Part shown: positions 9,571-17,515 of the stretch, piece by piece | Position numbering within the stretch: the stretch's first letter is position 1 | Layout: every line of letters starts with the position of its first letter | DNA from: Ktedonobacterales bacterium | GTDB taxonomy: Bacteria; Chloroflexota; Ktedonobacteria; Ktedonobacterales; JADMIN01 | DNA: 32,000 nucleotides | NCBI GenBank assembly: GCA_030167145.1 | Contig: CP126532.1 | Coordinates: 3,330,001-3,362,000, forward strand | Direction: 5' to 3' | Position numbers and translations under genes: made by a program | The notes under the pieces: model-generated | Databases searched by the model: none | What the model saw: only the letters and a program-made list of their open reading frames with translations | What the model was told of the DNA's origin: nothing

Positions 9571-9939
9571 TCACCGTCGTTCGATCAGATCAAGAATACT
9601 CAGGCCGGATTGTTCGAGCGCATCGCTGAGGGCGTTGCCAACCTCCTCTTCGAGCTTGGCGCGCTCCGGGCTGCCTGTAGGGGGTAGGTCAGCAACGCCG
9701 GGATACGGAGGCAGACTCTTGGGATCAACCAGATAGCCATGTGAACGCATCATGGCAAGAAATTCCTCTTTTGCCGCTTGCGCCTGCTGTTCGGGCGATG
9801 GCGTGGTGTGTTGTGCGCTGAAACGCTCGGTGATAGCGGTGGCGGCTATCTCTTCGGGCGATTGGTGTGCTTGCTCGCCAGCGGCTTTAAGTGCTTCGTA
9901 GGCATCGTCTGGAAGGGAAATGGTAATGAATTTCGACAT
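9571..9939 (-). CDS. type II antitoxin candidate (RHH/CopG-like N-terminus) partnered with VapC
   Basis: ATG at 9937-9939 is preceded by a perfect AGGAGG SD. The product starts MSKFITISLPDDAYEALKAAGEQAHQSPEEIA (beta-strand plus helices as in RHH antitoxins). It lies 43 nt upstream of the PIN gene. The longer 170-aa ORF in the track reads through the tRNA fragment and is not credible. Confidence 0.65.
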   Translation of the reverse strand: MSKFITISLPDDAYEALKAAGEQAHQSPEEIAATAITERFSAQHTTPSPEQQAQAAKEEFLAMMRSHGYLVDPKSLPPYPGVADLPPTGSPERAKLEEEVGNALSDALEQSGLSILDLIERR

Positions 9940-9975
9940 AGATTTTTGACCTCCTGACGTTCCTTTCATGAGTTG

Positions 9976-10035
9976 GGCAGAGGCGTATGGGAGTCGAACC
10001 CACCTCCGACCGCACGGGCGGCCGGACAACGATTT
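9976..10035 (-). pseudogene. 3' half of a type-II / selenocysteine-like tRNA (anticodon loop to 3' end); 5' half absent; probable att junction
   Basis: The reverse complement reads CTTCAAAATCGTTG-TCCGGCCGC-CCGT-GCGGTCGGA-GGTGGGTTCGACTCCCAT-ACGCCTCT-G-CC. Features are a 9-bp variable-arm hairpin, a T-arm, an 8-nt acceptor strand and a G discriminator (the 8/5 geometry typical of bacterial tRNA-Sec), and a loop compatible with anticodon UCA (or CAA). No complementary 5' acceptor (AGAGGCGT), D-arm or 5' anticodon-stem strand exists upstream. Confidence 0.6.
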
Positions 10036-10147
10036 TGAAGACTGCTTCTGTACGTTTCGTATGGTTTCGTACCGTCTCATCACTCGACATGGACGCTGAA
10101 ATCTAGCCGCTTTCGTCTCACACTATACCATTCCGTTCAACGGCTCT

Positions 10148-10178
10148 GCTGTCAGTTTTGCTGTCAGTTTTGCTGTCA
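10148..10178. repeat. 12-bp tandem repeat GCTGTCAGTTTT x2.6 (intergenic)
   Basis: Read directly. It lies upstream of the first phage-like gene. Confidence 0.85.
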
Positions 10179-10246
10179 TGGTACGGCTGAGCTTCTTTGG
10201 GTTCGGCGGTACACAAGAATCGGGCGGATAGGTAGGTGGTCTTTGT

Positions 10247-10789
10247 ATGGAGTGGTTTCGGCTGTACAACGAGGCGTTGCATGATCGGAAGCTGCGACGT
10301 CTGCCGGTGGCCTATCGCTGGGTGTGGGTGGCGGTGCTGGCGATGGCGAGTGCGTCACCGGAACGTGGCGCGCTGCTGATCGCGGGGAACGTTCCCGCTG
10401 CGTTCGAGGATATGCAAGATACGGCGGCGGTGGACCTTGCCGACGTGCGCTCGGCGGTCTCTGCCTTCGAGCAGCAGGATATGCTGGTGCGTCGTGCTTC
10501 GGATGGCGCATGGGTGGTGGTCAACTGGCAGAAGCGGCAATTTATCAGCGATGCGCGGAAGGATGACGGTAGGCCGTCTGCCGAGGTCTGGCGTGAGCTA
10601 CGGGCGGCGGTGTTCGCACGAGATAACTACACCTGCCAGTATTGCGGCGCGCATGGTGTCTCGCTGCAATGCGACCATGTGATGCCCGTCAGTCGCGGCG
10701 GAAGCAACGAGCTTACAAACCTCGTGACGGCCTGCAAGCCATGCAATCTGTCGAAGCACGATAAGACACCGGAGGAGTGGCTGTCATGA
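10247..10789 (+). CDS. HNH endonuclease with N-terminal phage replication-organiser-like domain
   Basis: C-terminus YTCQYCGAHGVSLQCDHVMPVSRGGSNELTNLVTACKPCNLSKHDK is a canonical HNH. The N-terminus MEWFRLYNEALHDRKLRRL is paralogous to the N-terminus of the next gene. SD AGGTAGGTGG. Confidence 0.85.
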   Translation: MEWFRLYNEALHDRKLRRLPVAYRWVWVAVLAMASASPERGALLIAGNVPAAFEDMQDTAAVDLADVRSAVSAFEQQDMLVRRASDGAWVVVNWQKRQFISDARKDDGRPSAEVWRELRAAVFARDNYTCQYCGAHGVSLQCDHVMPVSRGGSNELTNLVTACKPCNLSKHDKTPEEWLS

Positions 10790-12021
10790 GCCGAAATACG
10801 GGTTGGTTTCGTTGCTACGACCGCATGATTGACTCGCCGCAGGTGCTCGACCTCTCGGATGCTGAGTTCCGGTTGCTGGTGAGCCTGTGGTGTTTGGCGA
10901 GCGCCGCCGAGACACGGGGCACGCTGCCCTACAACGCGAGGACGCTCCAACGGCGGGCCTTGCCAGATCACACCGTCGCTGAGGTGGAGCAGATGCTGTG
11001 TCACCTCATCGAGCTTGACCTGCTGGCGCAGGAAGAGGCAGAAGGGCAGGGATACCGCGTCGTCAGATGGGATGAGCATCAATATGTGCATGCCTCGTGG
11101 ACGCCGGAAGAGCGCCGCAAGCAAAAGGCGCTTGAACGCGAACGCGCGAGTTCCACGATGTCGCAAGCAGGTCGCAACGATGTCGCAACGATGTCGCAAG
11201 CTGTCGCAACACAGAGGCAGAGACAGATTACAGAGACAGAAGCAGAAGCAGATCTCTCCTCTCCAACCATTGTTACTAAAGATGATGGTCGTGATAGAGG
11301 CGGCGGAGGCGGAGAGAACGCGCGTGCGAGCGTATATGCGCGCGTGGCAGACTCACTGCCCGCTCCAGCATTCCCCGCCGCTGCCGCCAGTGCTCGATCT
11401 CCATCAGCAGAAAATGGTGAGCCAAAGAAGGGGAACCCCAAGCTGACGCAGATGGAGCGCTCCGAGCTTCGAGACCTCACCGGAGCGGTGGCGCGAGCCG
11501 CGAAATTGACGGCCTATGATGCGGCGGCGCTGGAAACGCTGGTCAGCCGCTATGAGGGGCATGGGCGGGCATGGTTGCTGGACGAGGCGTGCGCCGCCGC
11601 TGACTGGATTGCGAGCGAGCGGAATAAGAAGCTGAAGGAGAAGCAGCGACGGATGAATGTGGCGTTCTTGCGCAACTGGTTCAAGAAGTCCGAGGAGGGG
11701 TACGCCGGTGGACAACATGGACACGCAACCAATCAATCATCAGCAAGTGGGCAGCAATCTTGCGCTATCGGTTCCGCGTCGGCGGTTTCGGGACCTGGCG
11801 GGGTATCACCATCTGTCTCAGGCGCTCTCCCAGGCGCTTTCCCAGGATTCCCAGCAGGATTCCCCGGCAACGGACGAGGCCGATACAGTGGACCTGGGTC
11901 CTTCGGGGGACGGGTCGAGCCGGGGTCGCGGGAATATTGGGCGCTGCGCAGGCAAATCCGGGAGGAGCGCGAGCGACAGGAACGACAGGAAGCCGCCGTC
12001 TCCGCCGCAGGTTCCGCGTAG
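10786..12021 (+). CDS. phage replisome-organiser / DnaD-like replication protein (low-complexity C-terminal tail)
   Basis: ATGA start/stop overlap with the HNH gene. The N-terminus SRNTGWFRCYDRMIDSPQVLDLSDAEFRLLVSLWCLAS is of the same domain type as the HNH N-terminus. It is followed by a DnaC-like loader gene, the usual phage pairing. The true 3' end is uncertain (see findings). Confidence 0.6.
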   Translation: MSRNTGWFRCYDRMIDSPQVLDLSDAEFRLLVSLWCLASAAETRGTLPYNARTLQRRALPDHTVAEVEQMLCHLIELDLLAQEEAEGQGYRVVRWDEHQYVHASWTPEERRKQKALERERASSTMSQAGRNDVATMSQAVATQRQRQITETEAEADLSSPTIVTKDDGRDRGGGGGENARASVYARVADSLPAPAFPAAAASARSPSAENGEPKKGNPKLTQMERSELRDLTGAVARAAKLTAYDAAALETLVSRYEGHGRAWLLDEACAAADWIASERNKKLKEKQRRMNVAFLRNWFKKSEEGYAGGQHGHATNQSSASGQQSCAIGSASAVSGPGGVSPSVSGALPGAFPGFPAGFPGNGRGRYSGPGSFGGRVEPGSREYWALRRQIREERERQERQEAAVSAAGSA

Positions 12022-12046
12022 TGCTGCCGACCTGGCTGGGTGTGCG

Positions 12047-12793
12047 GTGTGCCCACGCTGCCACGACACGGGCTGGGTGCGCTCCGGCGTCTTCGGCGCG
12101 GAGACGGGCTGGCGTGTGGAGGTGGTGCGATGTGGCTGCCAGCGGGCGGCGGATCAGCGGCGGGTGTGGGAGCGGGCGCAGCGGATGAGCAATCTGTCGC
12201 CGGAGATGCGGCGACTCAGCTTCGATGGGTTCGATGCCGGGCGGCAGCCGGAAGCCTACGCGGTGATGCGGTCGTTCGCTGAGACGGTGACGGGGTGGGT
12301 GGTGCTGAACGGGGCGAGTGGGCTGGGCAAGACGCACCTGTTGGCGGCGGCGGCGAATGCGCTGCTGGCGGCGGGGCATGCGCCGGTGTATGTCGTCGCG
12401 GTGGACTTTCTGGATTATCTCAAGTCTGCTCTCAAAGCGGCGATGCGGAGCAGGCAAAACGGCGAAGAATCCGGGAGAGACGCCGATGATGGGTTCGAGA
12501 CGATGGAGCGGCGGATGGAGCAGGCGCGGACGTGTGAGGTGTTGCTGCTGGACGATCTGGCGGCGGAGCGGGAGACGGAGTGGTCGGTGGAGCGGTTCTA
12601 TGCGCTCTTGGAGTACCGCTACCGGAACGAGTTGCCGACGGTGCTGGCGAGCAACCTGCATCCCGAGGACTTTCCGGCGCGGGTGGCGTCGCGGCTGCAA
12701 GACCGGCGGTTGTGCCGGGTGGTGGAGCTGGAGGGCGCGGATTACCGGATTTCGCCTTCTTCGCTGAGCCGGGAACGGGGGCAGGCAGGATGA
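12047..12793 (+). CDS. DnaC/IstB-like AAA+ helicase loader with N-terminal CxxC...CxC zinc ribbon
   Basis: Walker A NGASGLGKTHLL and Walker B VLLLDDLAAE, then NELPTVLASNL. A GTG start at 12047 would give M-CPRCHDTGW...RCGC. The reading frame is open back to 11657, so the start is unresolved (alternative ATG at 11717). Confidence 0.75.
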   Translation: MCPRCHDTGWVRSGVFGAETGWRVEVVRCGCQRAADQRRVWERAQRMSNLSPEMRRLSFDGFDAGRQPEAYAVMRSFAETVTGWVVLNGASGLGKTHLLAAAANALLAAGHAPVYVVAVDFLDYLKSALKAAMRSRQNGEESGRDADDGFETMERRMEQARTCEVLLLDDLAAERETEWSVERFYALLEYRYRNELPTVLASNLHPEDFPARVASRLQDRRLCRVVELEGADYRISPSSLSRERGQAG

Positions 12794-13623
12794 ACGTGTT
12801 TTCGTTTGGCGGCGGGGTGCAGAGCACTGCCGCACTCGTGCTGGCCGCGCGTGGTGACTTGGATTGCGATGCCTTCCTGTTTGCGAATGTGGGCGATGAT
12901 AGCGAACACCCCGCCACGCTGCGCTATGTGCGCGAGGTGGCGATGCCTTATGCGGCAGCGCACAGCATCGAGTTGCATGAACTTCACCGCCAGCGCAAGG
13001 ACGGCAGCATCGAGACACTGTACGGGCGTCTCACACGACCTGGAAGCAAGAGCATCGGCATCCCCGTGCGACTCGCGGGCAGCGGTGCACCAGCGCAGCG
13101 AAACTGCACCGCCGACTTCAAAATACGAGTGATCGCGTCATGGTGCTACCGGCATGGCGCCCGCAAGATGAAGCCCGCCACTACTATGCTCGGCATCAGT
13201 ATGGACGAGTTCCAGCGTATGCGAACGGACAGCGGTATCTCCTACACGCGGCTGGCCTATCCGCTCATTGACCGGCGCATGTCGCGGCAGGATTGCATCA
13301 ACGTGATTGCCAGCGCAGGGCTGCCAGTGCCACCGAAAAGTTCGTGTTGGTTCTGCCCGTATCATCGCCTCTCGGTCTGGCAGCGCATGCGTGATGAGGA
13401 GCCAGATCTGTTTCGGAAAGCATGCGAGCTAGAGGCATCTCTAACAGCCCGTGCGAAAACACTGAAGCGCTACAGCCCGAAGGCGCTACCGCCAGAGCAG
13501 GAGGCGGTGTTCTTCACACGAACGATGAAGCCGCTCGCACAAGCGGTTGGCAACGCAAGTCAGCTATCTTTGTTCGATAGCTTTGAGGGTGATGTCTGTG
13601 AATCAGGTTTCTGCGTGGCGTGA
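12790..13623 (+). CDS. phosphoadenosine phosphosulfate (PAPS) reductase-family / PP-loop ATPase, phage type
   Basis: ATGA overlap with the loader gene. The N-terminus MNVFSFGGGVQSTAAL is a PP-loop SGGxxS-type motif. A C-terminal Cys cluster CWFCPY is as seen in phage PAPS-reductase/DndC-like proteins. Confidence 0.75.
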   Translation: MNVFSFGGGVQSTAALVLAARGDLDCDAFLFANVGDDSEHPATLRYVREVAMPYAAAHSIELHELHRQRKDGSIETLYGRLTRPGSKSIGIPVRLAGSGAPAQRNCTADFKIRVIASWCYRHGARKMKPATTMLGISMDEFQRMRTDSGISYTRLAYPLIDRRMSRQDCINVIASAGLPVPPKSSCWFCPYHRLSVWQRMRDEEPDLFRKACELEASLTARAKTLKRYSPKALPPEQEAVFFTRTMKPLAQAVGNASQLSLFDSFEGDVCESGFCVA

Positions 13624-13660
13624 ATGCTTCATTCAGAAGCGAGAGGGGAGCGTGAGGGAG

Positions 13661-14185
13661 ATGGTACGCATGAATCGGCAAGTGAAGGCTACCAGGTCGA
13701 AGGCGAAGATGTGGCGTGAGTGGCGCACGGTGTGGGCGATAGATGCGGGGTGCCAGGTGCGGCAGGTGACGGTGCATAGCTGTCTGGCCGAGGAGGTCGG
13801 GGAGGCGAGCGAGGAATCTGAGGCGGTGTCTGCGGTGTCTGCGGTGTCTGCGGTGTCTGCGGTGTCTGCGGCGGACGGTTCTGGTTGGTGGTATGCGCCG
13901 TCGCTGGCGTTCAGTTCGCGGCTGGATGGCCTGGGGGATAGCTTCTTCACGTCGGAGGCGGCGGCGGTGGCGGCGGCGATCCGGCGGGCGCATGCACGGG
14001 TGGTGCTGGCGAACCGGCAACTGGACCGGCTGTATCAGCGGCGGGCGGTGCTGGCGCTGCTGGCGGAGAAGGCGGACAGGGCAGACAGGGCGGCGGCGCG
14101 GGCGTGGGGGAAGTCGTCCTCCGCCGAGGACGACGATGCTGCGACTGCGGTGGGTGAGTTTCTTAAGACGCTGAAGGGGGCATGA
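13661..14185 (+). CDS. hypothetical protein with in-frame (AVS)n repeat
   Basis: An ATG at 13661 (or 13670) follows GAGAGGGGAG/GAGGGAG SD-like runs. It contains the 9-bp repeat GCGGTGTCT x5 (13823-13870). I recognise no family. Confidence 0.5.
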   Translation: MVRMNRQVKATRSKAKMWREWRTVWAIDAGCQVRQVTVHSCLAEEVGEASEESEAVSAVSAVSAVSAVSAADGSGWWYAPSLAFSSRLDGLGDSFFTSEAAAVAAAIRRAHARVVLANRQLDRLYQRRAVLALLAEKADRADRAAARAWGKSSSAEDDDAATAVGEFLKTLKGA

Positions 14186-14265
14186 AGCGGGGCATGAAGC
14201 GGGGTGTGATTGGAAAGCGAGCGTGCGTCAAGACGCATCACGTTTGGCACTCTGCGCGTGCGCGC

Positions 14266-14314
14266 GGGTGTGAGGAGTGCGGGTGAGGAGTGCGGGTGAG
14301 GAGTGCGGGTGAGG
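14266..14314. repeat. 13-bp tandem repeat GGGTGAGGAGTGC x about 3.7 (intergenic)
   Basis: Read directly. It abuts the 22-bp palindrome. Confidence 0.85.
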
Positions 14315-14316
14315 TG

Positions 14317-14338
14317 GGGGTAGCCATATGGCTACCCC
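14317..14338. promoter_or_regulatory. 22-bp perfect palindrome GGGGTAGCCATATGGCTACCCC (operator or hairpin candidate)
   Basis: It is its own reverse complement. It lies 55 nt upstream of the antirepressor start, and three GCATGA(G) half-repeats follow it. Confidence 0.4.
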
Positions 14339-14392
14339 TTGCACAAGCATGACACGAGCATGAGATAAGCATGAGATGAGAGGTGGGAGACA

Positions 14393-15448
14393 ATGCGCGA
14401 CGATGAGGGGCAGGTTCAGGATCAGGAGCCACAGGAAACTGCAAAGAGCGACGAGAAGGCGGAGATGGCGGCGGCCGAGGTGGCAGAGGTGGCAGAGGTG
14501 GCAGAGGTGGAGCAGGAGGAGGCGATTGAGCAGCGGCCTGTGCCGTTTCTGGGAGATGACCTGGCGGCGGCGCTGACGCCGGGTGGGGTGGTGTATCTGA
14601 CGGTGGCGGGGGTGTGTCGGGCGCTGGGGTTGAACACGCAGGCGCAACTACGCCGGATGCTGCGGACGCCGAGCCTGGGGCGGCATCTGCGGGTGATTGC
14701 GCTGACGACTCGTGGTGGGGTGCAGCAGGCGTATTGTCTGCGGGTGGACAAGATTGCGCTGTGGCTGGCGGGGGTAGAAACGCTGAAGGTGAAGGAGCGG
14801 TATCGCGCGAAGCTGGAGGCGTATCAGGAGGAACTGGCGCCGGTGGCGATGCGGGTGTTTCTGCGGGTGGGCAGTGTCGCCGATATGCAGCGGACGCAGA
14901 TCGTCCGCGCGACGGAAGAGCCACGTGAGGGGCAGAGTGATCTACAGGTGCGGCAGGATACGGCACTGGTGGCGGTGGCGGAGCAGATCGAGGCGCAGAT
15001 CGAGAGCTTGACGGGGGTGGTGACGCTGCTGCAGGAGCATCTGGCGGGGCTGCTGGCCTTGCCGGGGCAGGTGGCAGGGATCTCGGTGCGGCTGGACAAG
15101 CTGGACGAGGCGGTGACGCTGCTCGAAGCCCTCGCCGAACGGCAGGAGGCGACGGAGACGCAGGTGGCGCAGATCGAGGAGCGGACGCAGCGGCTGACGC
15201 CAGCGCATGCGCGGGCGGTGCAGGTGGAGGTGGACCGGCTGGTGCGCGAGACGAAGCACGCAGTTGTGCCGCTGACGTATGTGATGATCTATGGGCGGCT
15301 GAAGCATCGGTTCCGAGCGAGTTCGTATAAGGAGATTGCGGACGGGCGGTTCGCGGAGGTGCTGGCATTTCTGGGGGAGGAGTTGCGGCGGGCGCTGGGT
15401 GGGACGGGGGAGAGAGGGGAGGCGCCGGAGCAGGGGAGTCTGTTTTGA
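14393..15448 (+). CDS. phage antirepressor (P22_AR N-terminal-like domain plus ORF6C-like C-terminal domain)
   Basis: PVPFLGDDLAAALTPGGVVYLTVAGVCRALGLNTQAQLRRM...ALWLAGVE...KLEAYQEE matches the P22 antirepressor N-domain pattern as I recall it. The C-terminus is LTPAHARAVQVEVDRLV...YGRLKHRF. SD GAGGTGGGAG. It contains the 9-bp repeat GAGGTGGCA x3.8 (14477-14510; AEV repeats). Confidence 0.7.
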   Translation: MRDDEGQVQDQEPQETAKSDEKAEMAAAEVAEVAEVAEVEQEEAIEQRPVPFLGDDLAAALTPGGVVYLTVAGVCRALGLNTQAQLRRMLRTPSLGRHLRVIALTTRGGVQQAYCLRVDKIALWLAGVETLKVKERYRAKLEAYQEELAPVAMRVFLRVGSVADMQRTQIVRATEEPREGQSDLQVRQDTALVAVAEQIEAQIESLTGVVTLLQEHLAGLLALPGQVAGISVRLDKLDEAVTLLEALAERQEATETQVAQIEERTQRLTPAHARAVQVEVDRLVRETKHAVVPLTYVMIYGRLKHRFRASSYKEIADGRFAEVLAFLGEELRRALGGTGERGEAPEQGSLF

Positions 15449-15452
15449 GCTG

Positions 15453-15495
15453 CTTGGCATTCAGCTTGGCATTCAGCTTGGCATTCAGCTTGGCG
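15453..15495. repeat. 12-bp tandem repeat GCTTGGCATTCA x3.6 between convergent genes
   Basis: Read directly. It fills almost the whole 51-nt gap between the stop codons at 15448 and 15500. Confidence 0.85.
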
Positions 15496-15499
15496 TATC

Positions 15500-16672
15500 T
15501 TAATAATGTGCGTCCAAATAGGAGGTGTTGCGCGGTGCTGTTCTTCGCCGCTTGCCGAATACCTCTTCCTCTAGGAGCGCGAGATTATGCAGTGCCATAT
15601 CGTGCCGAGTACGCGAGATATCGTGGACGAAGACCTCGGCTGCGCTCTTGTATCCCTGCATGGCCTCGTCGAGGAGGCGCTCTCTTGCGCCCGACATATC
15701 GCTCAGCATATCGGCGTGTGCTTGCGCGTGGAGTACGAGAGCCAGGTTATAGCGTGTCGTGGCCCACTCAAGTGGTTGGGCTTCGCGTGAGCGAATCTGA
15801 AGCGCTTGCCTATAAGCGTCAGCAGCTTGCTGTAAGAGGTCGTTGCGCTCATCGCGCTCCTCATCGCCCTGTTTGGCCTTCGCCCATTCGGCCAAGGTAA
15901 CGCCGAGATTGTTTTGGAGTTTCGCCCAAAACTGGGGATGCTCGGCACGGGTGTAGATGCGCTGTGCTGCTCGAAAGGCAGCGAGCGCGGCCTCAATTGC
16001 GGCCATGGTCTCGTCGTTGGTCTCGTCGTTGGTCTCGTCGTTGGTCTCGTCGTTGGTCTCGTCGTTGGTCTCGTCGTTGGTCTCGTCGTTGCTACCCTCA
16101 TACGCTAGCTTGAGCTGCCCCTGAGCGAGCAAGGCCAGTCCGAGGTGGTGTTGAACGGTAGCCCAGCGTGTAGGATGGTCTTCGAAGGTAAAGATCCGCA
16201 GCGTCTCTCGGTGTGACGTGATGGCTTCCGCGAGCAATTCCATCCTGGCAGAGATAGCTGTTGTTGTTTGTACGCGCGCTAATTTCGATAAGGCGACTCC
16301 CAAATTGTCCAGGACACCTCCCCACGTGCCAGGCGCATCTTCTCGGCGTATCGCCTGTAAGGTTGCACGGAAGGAGGCGATGGACTGGGTCAAGCGGACT
16401 TCCTCTGCCAGGGTCGGGGTGGTACGCAGACGTTCGACAACTGCCTGACCACGCGGCGTCAGGGTCACCTGGTCATGGTCGAGACCCAGGTAATCGAAAT
16501 CTATCAGCCAACGAATTGCGTCGTTGAGGGAGATATCGTCTGCGAAGTGGTGGCGAAAGTCGGCCTCCGTCGCGCAGAGACCTGAGTCAATCGCCCACAA
16601 TACGAATGCGAGGGTCTGCTCATTCGTAATGGCCGCGGACTCCCATAGCGTCTGGCTGTCATCTGGTTCCAT
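15500..16672 (-). CDS. winged-helix plus TPR-like repeat protein with (NDET)7 insertion; second gene of a two-gene operon
   Basis: 390-aa ORF. The first ~90 aa look wHTH-like (LAFVLWAIDSG...LNDAIRWLIDFDYLGLDHDQVTLTPRGQAVVERL). Then come repeated about 40-aa units of the type W..vq.NLG.AL......R...L.eAi.a.r.AL.i.tre..P. A perfect 12-bp x7 repeat (16007-16090) encodes NDET x7. The start is 2 nt after the upstream gene's stop. Confidence 0.75.
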   Translation of the reverse strand: MEPDDSQTLWESAAITNEQTLAFVLWAIDSGLCATEADFRHHFADDISLNDAIRWLIDFDYLGLDHDQVTLTPRGQAVVERLRTTPTLAEEVRLTQSIASFRATLQAIRREDAPGTWGGVLDNLGVALSKLARVQTTTAISARMELLAEAITSHRETLRIFTFEDHPTRWATVQHHLGLALLAQGQLKLAYEGSNDETNDETNDETNDETNDETNDETNDETMAAIEAALAAFRAAQRIYTRAEHPQFWAKLQNNLGVTLAEWAKAKQGDEERDERNDLLQQAADAYRQALQIRSREAQPLEWATTRYNLALVLHAQAHADMLSDMSGARERLLDEAMQGYKSAAEVFVHDISRTRHDMALHNLALLEEEVFGKRRRTAPRNTSYLDAHY

Positions 16673-16674
16673 TA

Positions 16675-17304
16675 TCAGCCACAGCTTTCTCGATCCTGCT
16701 CGAGATCCTGCTCGAGATCCTGCGGAAAGGCGGCATACATCTCACGCCGCGCCTGGGCACACGCCATCGCCTGCCCCAACAGATTACAGGCGACGATATC
16801 CTCGTGCTGATACCAGTAGATGGCGTTATAGCCTTTTGCCAGGTTCATCAAGACACTGTGTGCGGCGAAGCCAGCTTGATAGCGCACAGGCGCCATTACG
16901 CGCAACTTATGCGCGATTTCGGGCCGACCACCGTAGAGGACGGTTTCGGCCAGAGCGCCGGGAGCATCTTCGATAAGGCTAAATATCAAGTGCGCAGCTC
17001 TCGCCTGGGAAAGTTCATCGGTACCAAGCGTAATGCCATCGTGATGCTCCGGCGGAGCTATTTGCTCGCTTAGCAGCGCATTGTGGCCTTCGGCGAGTAA
17101 CTCGTCTTGAATCTGAAGGCGTTTTGTTGCCACAGCACTGTTACTTGTGGGATCTGGCCCCCAGATCAAAATGGTCAAGGCGATGCTTTGTAGCGCCTCA
17201 AGATGCGCGCTGCGTCGTACAAGGAACCGTTCCATCTCGCGCTTCGCCTTGTCGGTGTGGGGGCGTGGCAGCGTGTAGGTCGTGCGTGGGGGCGTAGATG
17301 GCAT
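16675..17304 (-). CDS. Rossmannoid TIR-like / nucleoside 2-deoxyribosyltransferase-like domain protein (start uncertain: 17235, 17304, 17367 or 17391)
   Basis: TILIWGPDPTSNSAVATKRLQIQDELLAEGHNALLSE ... ELSQARAAHLIFSLIEDAPGALAETVLYG. This has the strand-GP-helix then acidic-residue/G..E layout of deoxyribosyltransferase/TIR-like folds. That is my motif-level judgement, not a search. The C-terminal DLEQDLEQD is encoded by a 12-bp repeat (16689-16722). Confidence 0.55.
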   Translation of the reverse strand: MPSTPPRTTYTLPRPHTDKAKREMERFLVRRSAHLEALQSIALTILIWGPDPTSNSAVATKRLQIQDELLAEGHNALLSEQIAPPEHHDGITLGTDELSQARAAHLIFSLIEDAPGALAETVLYGGRPEIAHKLRVMAPVRYQAGFAAHSVLMNLAKGYNAIYWYQHEDIVACNLLGQAMACAQARREMYAAFPQDLEQDLEQDRESCG

Positions 17305-17515
17305 AGGCGTGTGGACTCGCTTCCCGGTTCCATACTTGTACCTGTCAAGCACTAGTAGGTATGTCATACATGATGGCGACCACGGTGTCAAGTTTGATTG
17401 CTCCGGTGAGATGACGTGAAATTCAGGTCACAGCATGGATGCGCCGTGGGGTGGATGACCGACAGAGATGAGAGATAGCCAAAGATAGCCAGAGAGAGCA
17501 ATCATTGCGCCTGGT

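Noticed and set aside
9976-10083. Intact tRNA (or tmRNA) gene, and the 170-aa minus ORF reading through it
   Set aside because: No 5' acceptor strand complementary to ACGCCTCT, no D-arm and no 5' anticodon-stem strand exist upstream, and the 3' end does not fit a tmRNA acceptor. The ORF's N-terminal 48 codons merely translate the tRNA fragment. The real antitoxin start, with AGGAGG, is at 9939.
11765-15368. Long minus-strand ORFs 11765..13018 (417 aa) and 14238..15368 (376 aa)
   Set aside because: They are Pro/Arg/Ala/His-rich with no motifs. They lie antisense to + strand genes that carry clear Walker, PP-loop or antirepressor motifs and coupled start/stop overlaps.
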